Counted from the stretch's first letter, positions 20,459 to 29,951 are shown. The stretch: 60,875 bases of DNA from Clostridia bacterium (GCA_017629175.1 JAGBXS010000003.1:1-60875); one strand, 5' to 3'. Notes: a model not told the origin generated them from the sequence alone. Numbers and translations: made by a program.

Positions 20459-20488
20459 TTGACAACTCCCCTTCCTTTGTGGTATTCT
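20459..20488 (+). promoter_or_regulatory. candidate sigma-A promoter of the lipid-kinase gene
   Basis: TTGACA, 18 nt spacer, TGgTATTCT. Confidence 0.5.
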
Positions 20489-20526
20489 ACATATAACTAT
20501 GTAAACGTAAGGGAGGCGCACACTCC

Positions 20527-21468
20527 ATGACACATCATATCTTTATCGTCAACCCCGCCGCGGGGAAGGCGGACCGTTCCGAAGCCATCGAAAAAGCGAT
20601 CAATTCTGCCCGCGAGCAGAACGCCGTAACGGGAGAAGTCACCATCTACCGCACCTCCTGCGCCGGAGATGCCACCGCGTACCTCACCCGTACCCTGCCC
20701 GATCTGGAAGGGGACGTGCGGGTCTACGCCTGCGGAGGCGACGGCACCCTGAACGAGGTCGTCCGCGGTGTTTACGCCGCAGGGAACCCCAAGGTGTCTC
20801 TGGGGGTGATCCCCACCGGCTCGGGGAACGATTTTATCCGCTCCTTTACCATCCCGGAAAGCAGCTTCCGTTCCGTGCGGGACATGATGAACGGCACAGT
20901 CACTCCCATTGACCTGATCCGTGTCACCGACGAGGAGGGCAAGGAATACGTGTGCATCAACGTGGCAAGCGCAGGCTTTGACGCCGCGGTGTGCCGCAGA
21001 ATGCAATCCTTCCGCCGCATCCCCATGATGGGCGGCTCCATGGCCTACAACATGGCACTGGTACGTCAGTTCTTGGGACATTTGGGGCACAAGTTCGACG
21101 TTTACGGGGACGGCAAGCCCATGAAGACCCCGAACAAAGACGAATACCTCTTCGCCCTGGTTGCCAACGGCGAGTATTACGGCGGGGGCTACCACTGCTC
21201 TCCCGAAAGCTCTCTTTCCGACGGGCTTTTAAATCTGATCATGATCGAGGCCATCCCCCGCACCCAGTTCCCGGGTCTGCTGGGTCCCTACCGCAAGGGG
21301 GAATATTTTGAGAAGATGGCAAGCAAGATGCTTCACAAAACCGTAAAAACCGTGGAATTCCGTGCGGATACCCCGCTGGACATGAATTTGGACGGGGAGA
21401 TCATCTCTCTCAAGGATCCCACCCTCACGGTGATCCATCACGCCATCAATCTGATCCTGCCCCGTTAA
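20527..21468 (+). CDS. diacylglycerol-kinase-family lipid kinase (YegS/BmrU-like)
   Basis: IFIVNPAAGK, ACGGDGTLNEV and IPTGSGNDF motifs. 313 aa. Confidence 0.8.
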   Translation: MTHHIFIVNPAAGKADRSEAIEKAINSAREQNAVTGEVTIYRTSCAGDATAYLTRTLPDLEGDVRVYACGGDGTLNEVVRGVYAAGNPKVSLGVIPTGSGNDFIRSFTIPESSFRSVRDMMNGTVTPIDLIRVTDEEGKEYVCINVASAGFDAAVCRRMQSFRRIPMMGGSMAYNMALVRQFLGHLGHKFDVYGDGKPMKTPNKDEYLFALVANGEYYGGGYHCSPESSLSDGLLNLIMIEAIPRTQFPGLLGPYRKGEYFEKMASKMLHKTVKTVEFRADTPLDMNLDGEIISLKDPTLTVIHHAINLILPR

Positions 21469-21522
21469 CACCCTTCGGACATATACTGTTACCGTAACCA
21501 CTTTTCAAAGAGGAGTCTTTTT

Positions 21523-22281
21523 ATGGATCGCCTTTCCCTTTGCGGGGTCAAGATCAACTGCAGATATTACGGAGAAGACCATCCCCGTGACACCGCCGTG
21601 GTGTTTTTGCACGGCTGGGGCTCTACCGGCTCCGCCTTCGGCGGGCTGCTTACCGCCGCGGGGGAAAAATATTTCACCGTCGCCCCGGATCTCCCCGGAT
21701 TTGGCGGCAGTGAAGAGCCTCCCACCCCTTGGGGCGTGGAGGAATACGCTTCCCTGGTGACGGAATTGATCTCTGCCATCGGGGCAAAAAAAGTGATCCT
21801 TGCGGTACATTCCTTCGGCGGGCGCATCGCCATCACCTTGGGGGCAAAGAAGGATCTCCCCTATACCATCGAGAAGATGATCTTCTTCGACGCCGCAGGC
21901 TTAAAGCCCAAGCGGGGGGTGGATTACTACGCCAAGGTGTATACCTACAAGCTGTGCAAATGGCTGTTGACCCCCTTCCCGGAGATCAAAAAGAGATACC
22001 AAGCGGGCAAGGGCAGTGCAGATTACAAAAACGCCTCCCCCATGATGAAGCAGGTGCTCTCCAAATCGGTGAACACCGACCTCACCCCCCTGCTTCCCTC
22101 CATTTCCGCCCCCACCCTTTTGGTTTGGGGGGAGAAGGACACCGCCACCCCTCTTTACATGGCGAAGATCATGGAAAGAAGGATGCAGGACGCGGGATTG
22201 TTCGTCATTCCCGGCGCAGGGCATTTTTCCTTTGCGGAACAGCCCGGGGTAGCCATTGCGGCGCTCAGGAATTTTATTTAA
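21523..22281 (+). CDS. alpha/beta-fold hydrolase
   Basis: HGWGS oxyanion region, nucleophile elbow VHSFGG, and C-terminal GAGHF. 252 aa. Confidence 0.75.
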   Translation: MDRLSLCGVKINCRYYGEDHPRDTAVVFLHGWGSTGSAFGGLLTAAGEKYFTVAPDLPGFGGSEEPPTPWGVEEYASLVTELISAIGAKKVILAVHSFGGRIAITLGAKKDLPYTIEKMIFFDAAGLKPKRGVDYYAKVYTYKLCKWLLTPFPEIKKRYQAGKGSADYKNASPMMKQVLSKSVNTDLTPLLPSISAPTLLVWGEKDTATPLYMAKIMERRMQDAGLFVIPGAGHFSFAEQPGVAIAALRNFI

Positions 22282-22366
22282 GCACTCGGTTTCTTTTCCG
22301 TGCCCGCACTTCTCCTTCGCGGAACAGCCCGGAGTTGCCATTGCGGCGCTGAAGAATTTTATTTGA
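22234..22366 (+). repeat. direct duplication of the hydrolase gene 3' end (48 bp, copies at 22234-22281 and 22319-22366)
   Basis: 43 of 48 nt are identical. The second copy still reads AEQPGVAIAALKNFI-stop in frame, against the genuine AEQPGVAIAALRNFI-stop. Confidence 0.9.
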
Positions 22367-22398
22367 TTTCCCACCTCCACAAATAAGGAGCGTTTTCC

Positions 22399-23925
22399 AT
22401 GGATCTGGCACTTACCATCCTTTTTTACATCCTATACCTCACCGCGGGAGTGCTCGCCCTGCTTCGCTGGGCCCACAATTTACAGTTGAATTCCTACCAG
22501 AACCGCTCCCAATGGCGGAGATTCCGCCAAGCACCGGAGAAGCTGTTCTGTCTGTTGCCTCTCGTGCCCGCCTTGGTGTTCTCTTTCCTGCCCTTTCCCT
22601 GGGCAAAGATCGTCACCCTGGTATTTTTGGGGATCTCCTGCCTGACCTTGAAGCCGACGAAGGCCAAGAAGCCCTTGGTGTTCACCGCCCGTGTGAAGCG
22701 TTTGCTCACCGTGGCGGCAGGGCTGACGGTGCTTTTTGCCGCCGGCGGATGGTTTGTTCCCGCTTTGTCGGTAGGTGCGCTCCTGCTCTCCCCCTTGGTG
22801 ATGCTGTTTGCCAACCTGCTGTGCGCTCCCATGGAGAAGGCGGTGCGGAATTGGTATATAGGCGATGCAAAACGGATTTTGAACGCCTGCCCCGAGCTTT
22901 TGATCTTGGGCGTTACCGGCTCTTACGGCAAGACCAGCGTGAAGAGCTACTTGGGCGCCCTTTTGAACGCAGGGTTTGACACCCTCATCACCCCCGAGAG
23001 CTTTAACACCCCCATGGGCGTGGTACGCACCGTGCGGGAAAATCTCCGCCCCACCCATGAAATTTTCGTTTGCGAGATGGGCGCCCGTCACGTGGGAGAC
23101 ATCAAGGAGCTTTGCGACTTAGTCCACCCCAAGCACGGCGTCATCACCGCGGTGGGCAACCAGCACTTGGAGTCCTTCCGTACCAAAGAGAACATCCGCA
23201 AGACCAAATACGAGCTGGCGGACGCTCTGCCCGCAGAGGGCAAGCTGTTCGTCAACGGGGATTGCCCCGCCATCCGTGAGAATCCCCCCGCCCGTCCTTA
23301 TCTCACCTACGGTCTTTCCCAGGGCTGTGATTACCGTGCGGTGGATATGGAGCTTACCCTTTCCGGTACCGCCTTCACGGTGGAATTCCCCGACGGCACA
23401 AGCCAAAGCTACCGTATGCCCTTGATCGGGGAGCATTCCGTGGTGAACGTCACGGGAGCCATTGCGGTGTGCCACGCCTTCGGCATCCACCCCTCCGCCC
23501 TGGTGCCCGCCATGCGGAAGCTGAAGAGCGTTCCCCACAGAATGGAGCTGTTGCCCGGCCCCATCACCTATATCGACGACGCTTACAACTCCAACCCCGC
23601 AGGCTGTAAGGCGGCCTTGGACACCCTTGCCCGCTTTGACGCCTGCAAGATCTTAGTCACCCCCGGCATGGTTGAGCTGGGCAGTGCCTGGGAGGAAGAA
23701 AACAAAGCCTTCGGCAGACACGCCGCAAGGGTTTGTGACCTCTGCGTGCTGGTGGGCGAACGCCAGGCAGAGCCTATTAAAAAAGGCTTGCTGGAGGCGG
23801 GCTACCCCGAGGAGCGCATCGCCGTGGTCAGCACCCTGCAGGAGGGTCTTGCCCGCGTGAACGGCTTTTACAGTGAGAAAAAGAAGGTCGTCCTCCTGGA
23901 AAACGACCTGCCGGATAATTATTGA
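22399..23925 (+). CDS. murF: Mur-ligase family protein, MurF-like (UDP-MurNAc-tripeptide--D-Ala-D-Ala ligase) with membrane-spanning N-terminal region
   Basis: P-loop GVTGSYGKTS, DDAYNSNP and PGMVELG motifs, immediately upstream of ddl. The first ~150 aa are hydrophobic (4-5 putative TM segments). Confidence 0.65.
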   Translation: MDLALTILFYILYLTAGVLALLRWAHNLQLNSYQNRSQWRRFRQAPEKLFCLLPLVPALVFSFLPFPWAKIVTLVFLGISCLTLKPTKAKKPLVFTARVKRLLTVAAGLTVLFAAGGWFVPALSVGALLLSPLVMLFANLLCAPMEKAVRNWYIGDAKRILNACPELLILGVTGSYGKTSVKSYLGALLNAGFDTLITPESFNTPMGVVRTVRENLRPTHEIFVCEMGARHVGDIKELCDLVHPKHGVITAVGNQHLESFRTKENIRKTKYELADALPAEGKLFVNGDCPAIRENPPARPYLTYGLSQGCDYRAVDMELTLSGTAFTVEFPDGTSQSYRMPLIGEHSVVNVTGAIAVCHAFGIHPSALVPAMRKLKSVPHRMELLPGPITYIDDAYNSNPAGCKAALDTLARFDACKILVTPGMVELGSAWEEENKAFGRHAARVCDLCVLVGERQAEPIKKGLLEAGYPEERIAVVSTLQEGLARVNGFYSEKKKVVLLENDLPDNY

Positions 23926-23943
23926 CCGAAAGGAGTCATTCCC

Positions 23944-25134
23944 ATGAAAATTCAAGTTGCCGTACTTTTCGGCGGGAAAAGCGTGGAGCATGAGATCTCC
24001 GTGATCTCCGCTTTGCAGGCTATGAACAGCATCCCCACCGAAAAATACGAGATCATCCCCGTATACATCACCAAATCCGGTGAGTTTTACACCGGCGCTC
24101 CCCTGCGGGAGATCAACCGTTACAGAGACATTCCCGCCCTGCTGAAGGACTGCGTGAAGGTTGCCTTTACTCCCCAAAACGGCAGAACCGCCCTTGTGCG
24201 CATCCCCGGCAAGAAGTTCGGCGACAACACCGTTGCCATCCCCGACGTAGCATTCCCCATCGTCCACGGCACCAACGTGGAGGACGGCAATCTCCAGGGC
24301 TTCCTGGGCACGTTGGGTCTGCCCTACGTAGGGTGCGACGTGCTTTCCTCCGCGGTGGGCATGGATAAATACGTGATGAAATCCGTCTTAGCGGCGGAAG
24401 GCATTCCCGTATTGCCCGCTTTGCGCTTCCGTTCCTCCGTTCCCATGGAGGAGATCGCGGAGAAGGCGGAAGTTTCCATCGGCTACCCCCTCATCGTCAA
24501 GCCGGTGAACCTTGGCTCCTCCGTGGGTATTTCCAAGGTGGCAGACAGAGAAGAGCTGTTTACTGCGCTGGATCTGGCCTTTACCTTCGCCGACGTGGTG
24601 CTGTTGGAGCGCGCGGTGGTGAAGCTGAAGGAGATCAACTGCTCCGTTTTGGGGGACGAGGACGGCGCAGAGGCTTCCGTTCTGGAAGAGCCGGTAGCGC
24701 AGGACAAGATCCTTTCCTACAAGGACAAATACATGGACGGCGGAAAGGGCGGCAAGAACGGAGGCAAGTCCTCCGGCATGGCCTCCTTGAAGCGTAAGAT
24801 CCCTGCGGAGATCGAGGACTCCGTGGCGGCAGAGATCAAGGATCTGGCCGTGAAGGCCTTCCTTGCCATGGGTTGCTCGGGGCTGGTACGCATCGACTTC
24901 ATGCTGGATATGGCAGAGGACAAGGTATACCTCAACGAGATCAACACCATCCCCGGCTCTCTGGCCTTCTACCTTTGGGAGCCTGCAGGAGTGCCCTACC
25001 CCGTGCTGTTGGATCGCCTGCTTTCCCTGGCCACCAAGCGTGCCCGCAAGCAGAGCGAGCTGACCTATTCCTTCGACACCAACGTCTTCGCCATGGGCGG
25101 CGGCTTCGGCGGTGCCAAGGGCGCGAAGGGGTAA
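23944..25134 (+). CDS. ddl: D-alanine--D-alanine ligase (long form with Gly/Lys-rich insertion)
   Basis: MKIQVAVLFGGKSVEHEISVIS, GYPLIVKPVNLGSSVGISKV and YLNEINTIPGS motifs. 396 aa. Confidence 0.9.
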   Translation: MKIQVAVLFGGKSVEHEISVISALQAMNSIPTEKYEIIPVYITKSGEFYTGAPLREINRYRDIPALLKDCVKVAFTPQNGRTALVRIPGKKFGDNTVAIPDVAFPIVHGTNVEDGNLQGFLGTLGLPYVGCDVLSSAVGMDKYVMKSVLAAEGIPVLPALRFRSSVPMEEIAEKAEVSIGYPLIVKPVNLGSSVGISKVADREELFTALDLAFTFADVVLLERAVVKLKEINCSVLGDEDGAEASVLEEPVAQDKILSYKDKYMDGGKGGKNGGKSSGMASLKRKIPAEIEDSVAAEIKDLAVKAFLAMGCSGLVRIDFMLDMAEDKVYLNEINTIPGSLAFYLWEPAGVPYPVLLDRLLSLATKRARKQSELTYSFDTNVFAMGGGFGGAKGAKG

Positions 25135-25168
25135 TTGAAGAACGTATGGAACGTTAAGGGGTACGTTT

Positions 25169-25267
25169 GGGGGCCGCTTTTTGAAAAAGCGCCCCCAATC
25201 CCCCCCGAAAAGCATTGCCGAAACGCAGAAATGCGTTTCGGTTTTTTGTTTTTTTGTGTCGTCACCT
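25169..25267 (+). repeat. family D double-hairpin terminator module, copy 1 (ddl terminator at 25218-25256)
   Basis: GGGGGCCGCTTTTTGAAAAAGCGCCCCC, then CCCCCCGAAAAGCATTG, then CCGAAACGCAgaaaTGCGTTTCGG followed by a T-run. A copy about 85-90% identical lies at 37805-37901. Confidence 0.85.
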
Positions 25268-25293
25268 CCTCCCAAAAAATTTCCAAAAAAATA

Positions 25294-25322
25294 TTGCAAT
25301 ACCAAAAGAAATGTGTTATACT
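25294..25322 (+). promoter_or_regulatory. candidate sigma-A promoter of gpmI
   Basis: TTGCAA, 17 nt spacer, TGtTATACT. Confidence 0.55.
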
Positions 25323-25379
25323 GACTCTGTATAAAAATGCCTTCATAGGCGAAAATCAATCTATTAAAGGAAGATACAC

Positions 25380-27017
25380 ATGAGCAACTCTATTTTCGGC
25401 ACCGAAAAACGCCCCGTTCTCACCATTGTGATGGACGGTGTAGGATACACCCAGCGTACCGCAGGCAACGCGGTTTACGCCGCTAACACCCCCACCCTGG
25501 ACATGCTGGACGAGAAATATCCCCGTTTCCTTCTCCAGGCACACGGCACCGCAGTAGGCCTCCCCTCCGACGATGACATGGGCAACTCCGAGGTCGGCCA
25601 CAACGCGTTGGGCGCAGGCCAGGTCTTCGCTCAGGGCGCAAAGCTGGTTTCCGGCGCTATTGAAAGCGGCAAGATCTATGCCTCCGATTCCTGGAAGACC
25701 CTCATCGGCGGGGTAAAGGCAAACGGTTCCACCCTCCACTTCCTGGGTCTTTTCTCCGACGGTAACGTGCACTCTCACATCGACCACCTGAAGGCAATGG
25801 TTGCTCAGGCAAAGGCAGAGGGCGTTTCCACCGTACGCATCCACATCCTGCTGGACGGCAGAGACGTAGGCGAAACCTCCGCTTTGGAGTACGTGCTCCC
25901 CTTCGAGGACTATCTGGCGGATCTCCGTGACGATTCCTTCGACGTTTCCATCGCCTCCGGCGGCGGCAGAATGCAGATCACCATGGACAGATACGAGGCC
26001 AACTGGGCAATGGTGGAAAAGGGCTGGCGCACCCACGTTCTGGGTGAGGGCAGACAGTTTAGCTCCGCAAAGGAAGCCATCGATACCCTCCGCGCCGAGA
26101 CCGGTGCCATCGACCAGGATCTGCCTCCCTTCGTCATCGCTGCAGACGGCAAGCCCGTGGGCACTGTTGAGGACGGCGATTCCGTAATCTTCTTCAACTT
26201 CCGCGGCGACCGTTCCATTGAGATCTCCAAGGCCTTCGAAGCAGGTGCAGACTTTGATAAGTTCGACCGCGTTCGCGTACCCGCAGTTCTCTTTGCAGGT
26301 ATGCTGGAATACGACGGCGATGCCCATATCCCCTCCCGCTATCTGGTTTCTCCCCCCGAGATCACCGGCACCATGGGTGAGTTCCTGGTGAACAAGGGCA
26401 TCAAGCAGCTGGCCATCTCCGAGACCCAGAAGTACGGCCACGTAACCTATTTCTGGAACGGCAACCGCTCCGGCAAGTTCTCCGAGGAGCTGGAGGAATA
26501 CATCGAGATCCCCTCCGACGTAGTTCCCTTCGAGCAGAGACCCTGGATGAAGTGCGCCGAGATCACCGACGTGCTCATCGAGAAGCTGAAGAGCGGCGAG
26601 TTTGACGTACTCCGCGTGAACTTCCCCAACGGCGACATGGTTGGCCACACCGGCTCCTTCGCCGCTACCAAGATCTCCATGGAAGCACTTGACCTCTGTC
26701 TGGCAAGAATTCTGAAGGCTGTTGACGAGGTGAAGGGTGTTGCCATCATCACCGCAGACCACGGTAACGCCGACGAGATGTACGAGATCAACAAGAAGAC
26801 CGGCGAGGCAAAGCTGGGTGAGGGCGGCGTTCCCAAGGCGAAGACCTCTCACACCCTCAACCCCGTTCCCTGCTATATTTACGACAATTTCTATTCCGAT
26901 AAGTACGAGTGCATCGACGGCAAGTACGGTCTTGCCAACGTAGCCGCTACCATGGTGACCATGATGGGCTACGAAGCGCCCGCAATCTGGGAAAAGAGCA
27001 TGATCAAGCTGAAGTAA
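25380..27017 (+). CDS. gpmI: 2,3-bisphosphoglycerate-independent phosphoglycerate mutase
   Basis: VMDGVGYT, MGNSEVGHNALGAGQ and ITADHGNADEM motifs. 545 aa. Confidence 0.9.
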   Translation: MSNSIFGTEKRPVLTIVMDGVGYTQRTAGNAVYAANTPTLDMLDEKYPRFLLQAHGTAVGLPSDDDMGNSEVGHNALGAGQVFAQGAKLVSGAIESGKIYASDSWKTLIGGVKANGSTLHFLGLFSDGNVHSHIDHLKAMVAQAKAEGVSTVRIHILLDGRDVGETSALEYVLPFEDYLADLRDDSFDVSIASGGGRMQITMDRYEANWAMVEKGWRTHVLGEGRQFSSAKEAIDTLRAETGAIDQDLPPFVIAADGKPVGTVEDGDSVIFFNFRGDRSIEISKAFEAGADFDKFDRVRVPAVLFAGMLEYDGDAHIPSRYLVSPPEITGTMGEFLVNKGIKQLAISETQKYGHVTYFWNGNRSGKFSEELEEYIEIPSDVVPFEQRPWMKCAEITDVLIEKLKSGEFDVLRVNFPNGDMVGHTGSFAATKISMEALDLCLARILKAVDEVKGVAIITADHGNADEMYEINKKTGEAKLGEGGVPKAKTSHTLNPVPCYIYDNFYSDKYECIDGKYGLANVAATMVTMMGYEAPAIWEKSMIKLK

Positions 27018-27051
27018 GGCTTTCTTCTCCTTTTCCCAAAAGGAGGCTCCC

Positions 27052-27801
27052 ATGATTTTAAACCTTTTGTATTCCGATCTGCCCATGAACATCACCGTGG
27101 GACTGCTGATCTTACAGCTGTTCTGCGTGGTGATGGCGCTGACCGTCCATGAATTTGCCCACGGCTTTATAGCCAACAAGCTGGGCGACCCCACGGCAAA
27201 CTTTCAGGGCAGATTGACCTTAAACCCTTTGGCACACATTGATCCGGTGGGCTTTCTCATGATGCTCTTAGTGGGCTTCGGCTGGGCAAAGCCCGTCCCG
27301 GTGAACCCCCGCCTTATGAGCAAGCCCAAGCGGGATATGGCTCTTACCTCCATCGCAGGCCCCGCCGTCAACCTTTTGGTGGCGTTGGTCAGCGGCATCG
27401 CCGTAGGAGCTTTGGCACAGTTTGGATACAACCCTCTCCAGATCTTCTGGGAAGCCTTTGACGGCGGCATCACCCCCATGGGTACTCTTTCCTATACCTT
27501 GTATATGATGATGCTGTTGAACGTGGGTCTCGCTCTGTTCAACATGATCCCCATCCCCCCGCTGGACGGCTCCAACGTGCTGGTGGCCTTTCTGCCCAAT
27601 AACACCGCCGCCAAGTATCTGCAGATCCGCTATTACACCCGCTATATCTTCGGCGGGCTGATGCTGATCTCCTTCTTGTCGGATCGCATTGCTTTGTTTT
27701 ACTATCTGGATATCATGATCTGGTATCCCTTCGAGTGGTTGCGGGAAAACATTTGCTACGGCTTTATGCGGCTGGGAGAATTGATTTTCAGCTTTATTTA
27801 A
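27052..27801 (+). CDS. site-2 protease family (peptidase M50) membrane metalloprotease
   Basis: HEFAHG zinc motif and NMIPIPPLDG. A GGAGG RBS precedes ATG 27052. Confidence 0.8.
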   Translation: MILNLLYSDLPMNITVGLLILQLFCVVMALTVHEFAHGFIANKLGDPTANFQGRLTLNPLAHIDPVGFLMMLLVGFGWAKPVPVNPRLMSKPKRDMALTSIAGPAVNLLVALVSGIAVGALAQFGYNPLQIFWEAFDGGITPMGTLSYTLYMMMLLNVGLALFNMIPIPPLDGSNVLVAFLPNNTAAKYLQIRYYTRYIFGGLMLISFLSDRIALFYYLDIMIWYPFEWLRENICYGFMRLGELIFSFI

Positions 27802-27826
27802 CCATTTTCAAGGAGAAAAAACGCCC

Positions 27827-28540
27827 ATGGCGGAAGTCAATCTGAAAATTGAACAGTACGAAGGTCCTTTGGATCTGCTTCTGGCGTTGATCTCCAAGCA
27901 TAAGATCGACATTTTTGACATTCCCATTGCGGAGATCTGCGACCAGTACAACGCCTACCTGGATTCCATGCAGAAGCTGGACATGGAGGTGGCGGGAGAG
28001 TTCATCGTCATGGCGGCGGAGCTGATGCTCATCAAGAGCAGAATGCTTCTGCCCATGCCCGAGGACGGAGAAGACCCCCGTAAGGTGCTGGTGGATGCCC
28101 TTCTGGAGCACCAAAGAGCCAAGCAGACCGCAGAATACTTAAAAAAACAGGCGGACACTTATTTCGACCGCTTCACCAAGCCTGCGGAGGAGCAGACCGA
28201 CCCCACTTACCACAGAGAGCACGCCGTTTCCCTGTTGCAGGAGGCCTTTGACCGCATCACCTTGCGTTTGGAGGCGGAGCGTGCCCAGAAGGCGGAGGTC
28301 AAGCTGTTCAAGACCCTGCAGGAGGAACGCTTCTACACCGTAGAAGAAAAAATGGATCTGCTGACGGAAACGTTACGCAGAGTCCCCCGCATTACCTTTG
28401 ATTCCTTGTTTACCGACGTGCATTCCCGCGGTGAGGTGGTTGCCATCTTCCTTTCCGTTTTGGAGGCGGTGCGCTTCGGCTTCGTGGACGTGTTCCGCGA
28501 GAACGAGGACACCTTGTGGCTGAGCCTGGTGAAAGAATGA
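27827..28540 (+). CDS. scpA: segregation and condensation protein A
   Basis: YEGPLDLLLALISKHKIDIFDIPIAEI kleisin N-terminus, followed by scpB. 237 aa. Confidence 0.87.
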   Translation: MAEVNLKIEQYEGPLDLLLALISKHKIDIFDIPIAEICDQYNAYLDSMQKLDMEVAGEFIVMAAELMLIKSRMLLPMPEDGEDPRKVLVDALLEHQRAKQTAEYLKKQADTYFDRFTKPAEEQTDPTYHREHAVSLLQEAFDRITLRLEAERAQKAEVKLFKTLQEERFYTVEEKMDLLTETLRRVPRITFDSLFTDVHSRGEVVAIFLSVLEAVRFGFVDVFRENEDTLWLSLVKE

Positions 28541-28644
28541 AGTGGCTTCGCCAATGAAGTTGCGGCCAAAGGTCGCAAATGTTCAGTTGTTAAGTGCCGG
28601 CAGATTTTCGTGCTGAAAACACTTCTATACTTAGGAGACCCCCT

Positions 28645-29241
28645 ATGTCCATTCCCAACGAAACAATCGCATCCCTTGAAGCGGTGCTGTTCGCCTGCGG
28701 CGGCCCGGTGGAGGCAGAGCGCCTGCGGGAGCTGCTTGCCCTTTCTCCCGAGGAATTGGAGGAGGCGGCAAAGCTCTTGGAGGAGACCCTGGAGGATCCC
28801 GCCAGAGGCATCTCTCTGATCCGCGTGGAATCCGCCTACCAGCTTTGCACCAAGCCCTTCGTGGCAGAGACGGTGAAGAAGGCCTTGGAGCTCCGCAAGG
28901 CTCCTCCCCTTTCCAAGGCGGCTTTGGAGGTGCTTGCCATCGTGGCATACCACCAGCCCGTCACCCGCTCCTTTATCGAGATGGTGCGCGGCATCGACAG
29001 CTCATCCATCGTGACCTCTTTGTGTGACAAGGGGCTGATTGCGGAGCGGGGCTTCCTGGATGCTCCCGGCAGACCCCTGCTCTTCGGCACCACCGAGACC
29101 TTCTTGCGTTGCTTTGGGCTGGAGTCCATCCGTGACCTCCCCGAGGCTTCTCCCGTGCCGGAGCAGCTCACCCTTCCCGAGGAGCTTCCCGCTGAAGCGG
29201 CCTCCGAGGAGACCTCCCCCGAGGAAGTGACACAGGCATGA
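28645..29241 (+). CDS. scpB: segregation and condensation protein B
   Basis: LEAVLFACGGPV, LEVLAIVAYHQPVTRSFIEMVRG and GRPLLFGTT motifs. Start at ATG 28645 with an AGGAGA RBS. Confidence 0.88.
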   Translation: MSIPNETIASLEAVLFACGGPVEAERLRELLALSPEELEEAAKLLEETLEDPARGISLIRVESAYQLCTKPFVAETVKKALELRKAPPLSKAALEVLAIVAYHQPVTRSFIEMVRGIDSSSIVTSLCDKGLIAERGFLDAPGRPLLFGTTETFLRCFGLESIRDLPEASPVPEQLTLPEELPAEAASEETSPEEVTQA

Positions 29242-29951
29242 TGGTTCTTGCCGTCATCGGGTGGATCTTATTGGGCATCTTAGGGCTTTTGTTGCTGTTG
29301 CTTTTCCTGCTTTGCAGTCTCAAGCTTTCCCTGCGGGCGGGGTATTGCGAGACCTTGCTTTTGAAGGTGGGCATCGGCCCCGTGACCTTGGATCTGGGCA
29401 GCTCACTGACCGCGGCCAAGGAAGCAGAGGAAGAAGCTCCCGCCAAGAAGAAGAAAAAGAAGCCCGCCAAGAAGCAGACCCCCAAAAAAGAAGAAAAAAA
29501 GAAAGAAATTTCCAAAAAATATACGGAAAAACCTGCCTTAACCGCCATCATCACCGCGTTTAAGGATCTGGTTTTGGGTATCTTGGGCCGTTTTGCCAAG
29601 CATCTCAAGCTGGAGATGCTGCGCCTGCGGGTGCTGGTGGCTTCCGACGATGCGGCCAAGACCGCTATGGAATACGGCGCAGTCTGCACCGCGGCGGGGC
29701 TTGTAGTCACTGCGGCGGAGGCTCTGCCCAGAACAAACCCCAAGACCGTTGACGTCCGCATCGAATGCGATTTTCTGGCGGACAAGCCCGAGATCGATGC
29801 GGAGATCTGCCTTTCCATCCGCATTTGGCGGATCGTATGGATGGCGTTGTTCACCGCCAAGCCCTTGATGGACTCCCTGGGGCTGTTGAAGGCGTACAAG
29901 CATTTTAAATCATTAGAAAAAGAATCCGAAGATAAGGAAGGAACAACATAA
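29238..29951 (+). CDS. DUF2953 / YtfI-like sporulation membrane protein
   Basis: N-terminal TM helix, then SLKLSLRAGY...LKVGIGPVTL and a Lys/Glu-rich insert. An ATGA overlap joins it to scpB, and a YtfJ homologue is immediately downstream. Confidence 0.5.
   Translation: MMVLAVIGWILLGILGLLLLLLFLLCSLKLSLRAGYCETLLLKVGIGPVTLDLGSSLTAAKEAEEEAPAKKKKKKPAKKQTPKKEEKKKEISKKYTEKPALTAIITAFKDLVLGILGRFAKHLKLEMLRLRVLVASDDAAKTAMEYGAVCTAAGLVVTAAEALPRTNPKTVDVRIECDFLADKPEIDAEICLSIRIWRIVWMALFTAKPLMDSLGLLKAYKHFKSLEKESEDKEGTT

Noticed and set aside
25356-27194. 612-aa minus-strand ORF opposite gpmI, and similar long antisense ORFs at 7900-9504, 10713-12341, 29168-30499, 39860-41119, 55263-57089 and 59852-60835
   Set aside because: Each fully overlaps a well-supported gene on the other strand and has no recognisable motif or RBS. 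They are treated as shadow ORFs.
29430-29520. A-rich Lys-coding tract (AAGAAGAAGAAAAAGAAG...GAAAAAAAGAAAGAAA) in the DUF2953 gene as a programmed-frameshift or slippage site
   Set aside because: The reading frame is intact and continuous. It is simply a poly-Lys/Glu low-complexity linker, with no alternative-frame ORF of note.
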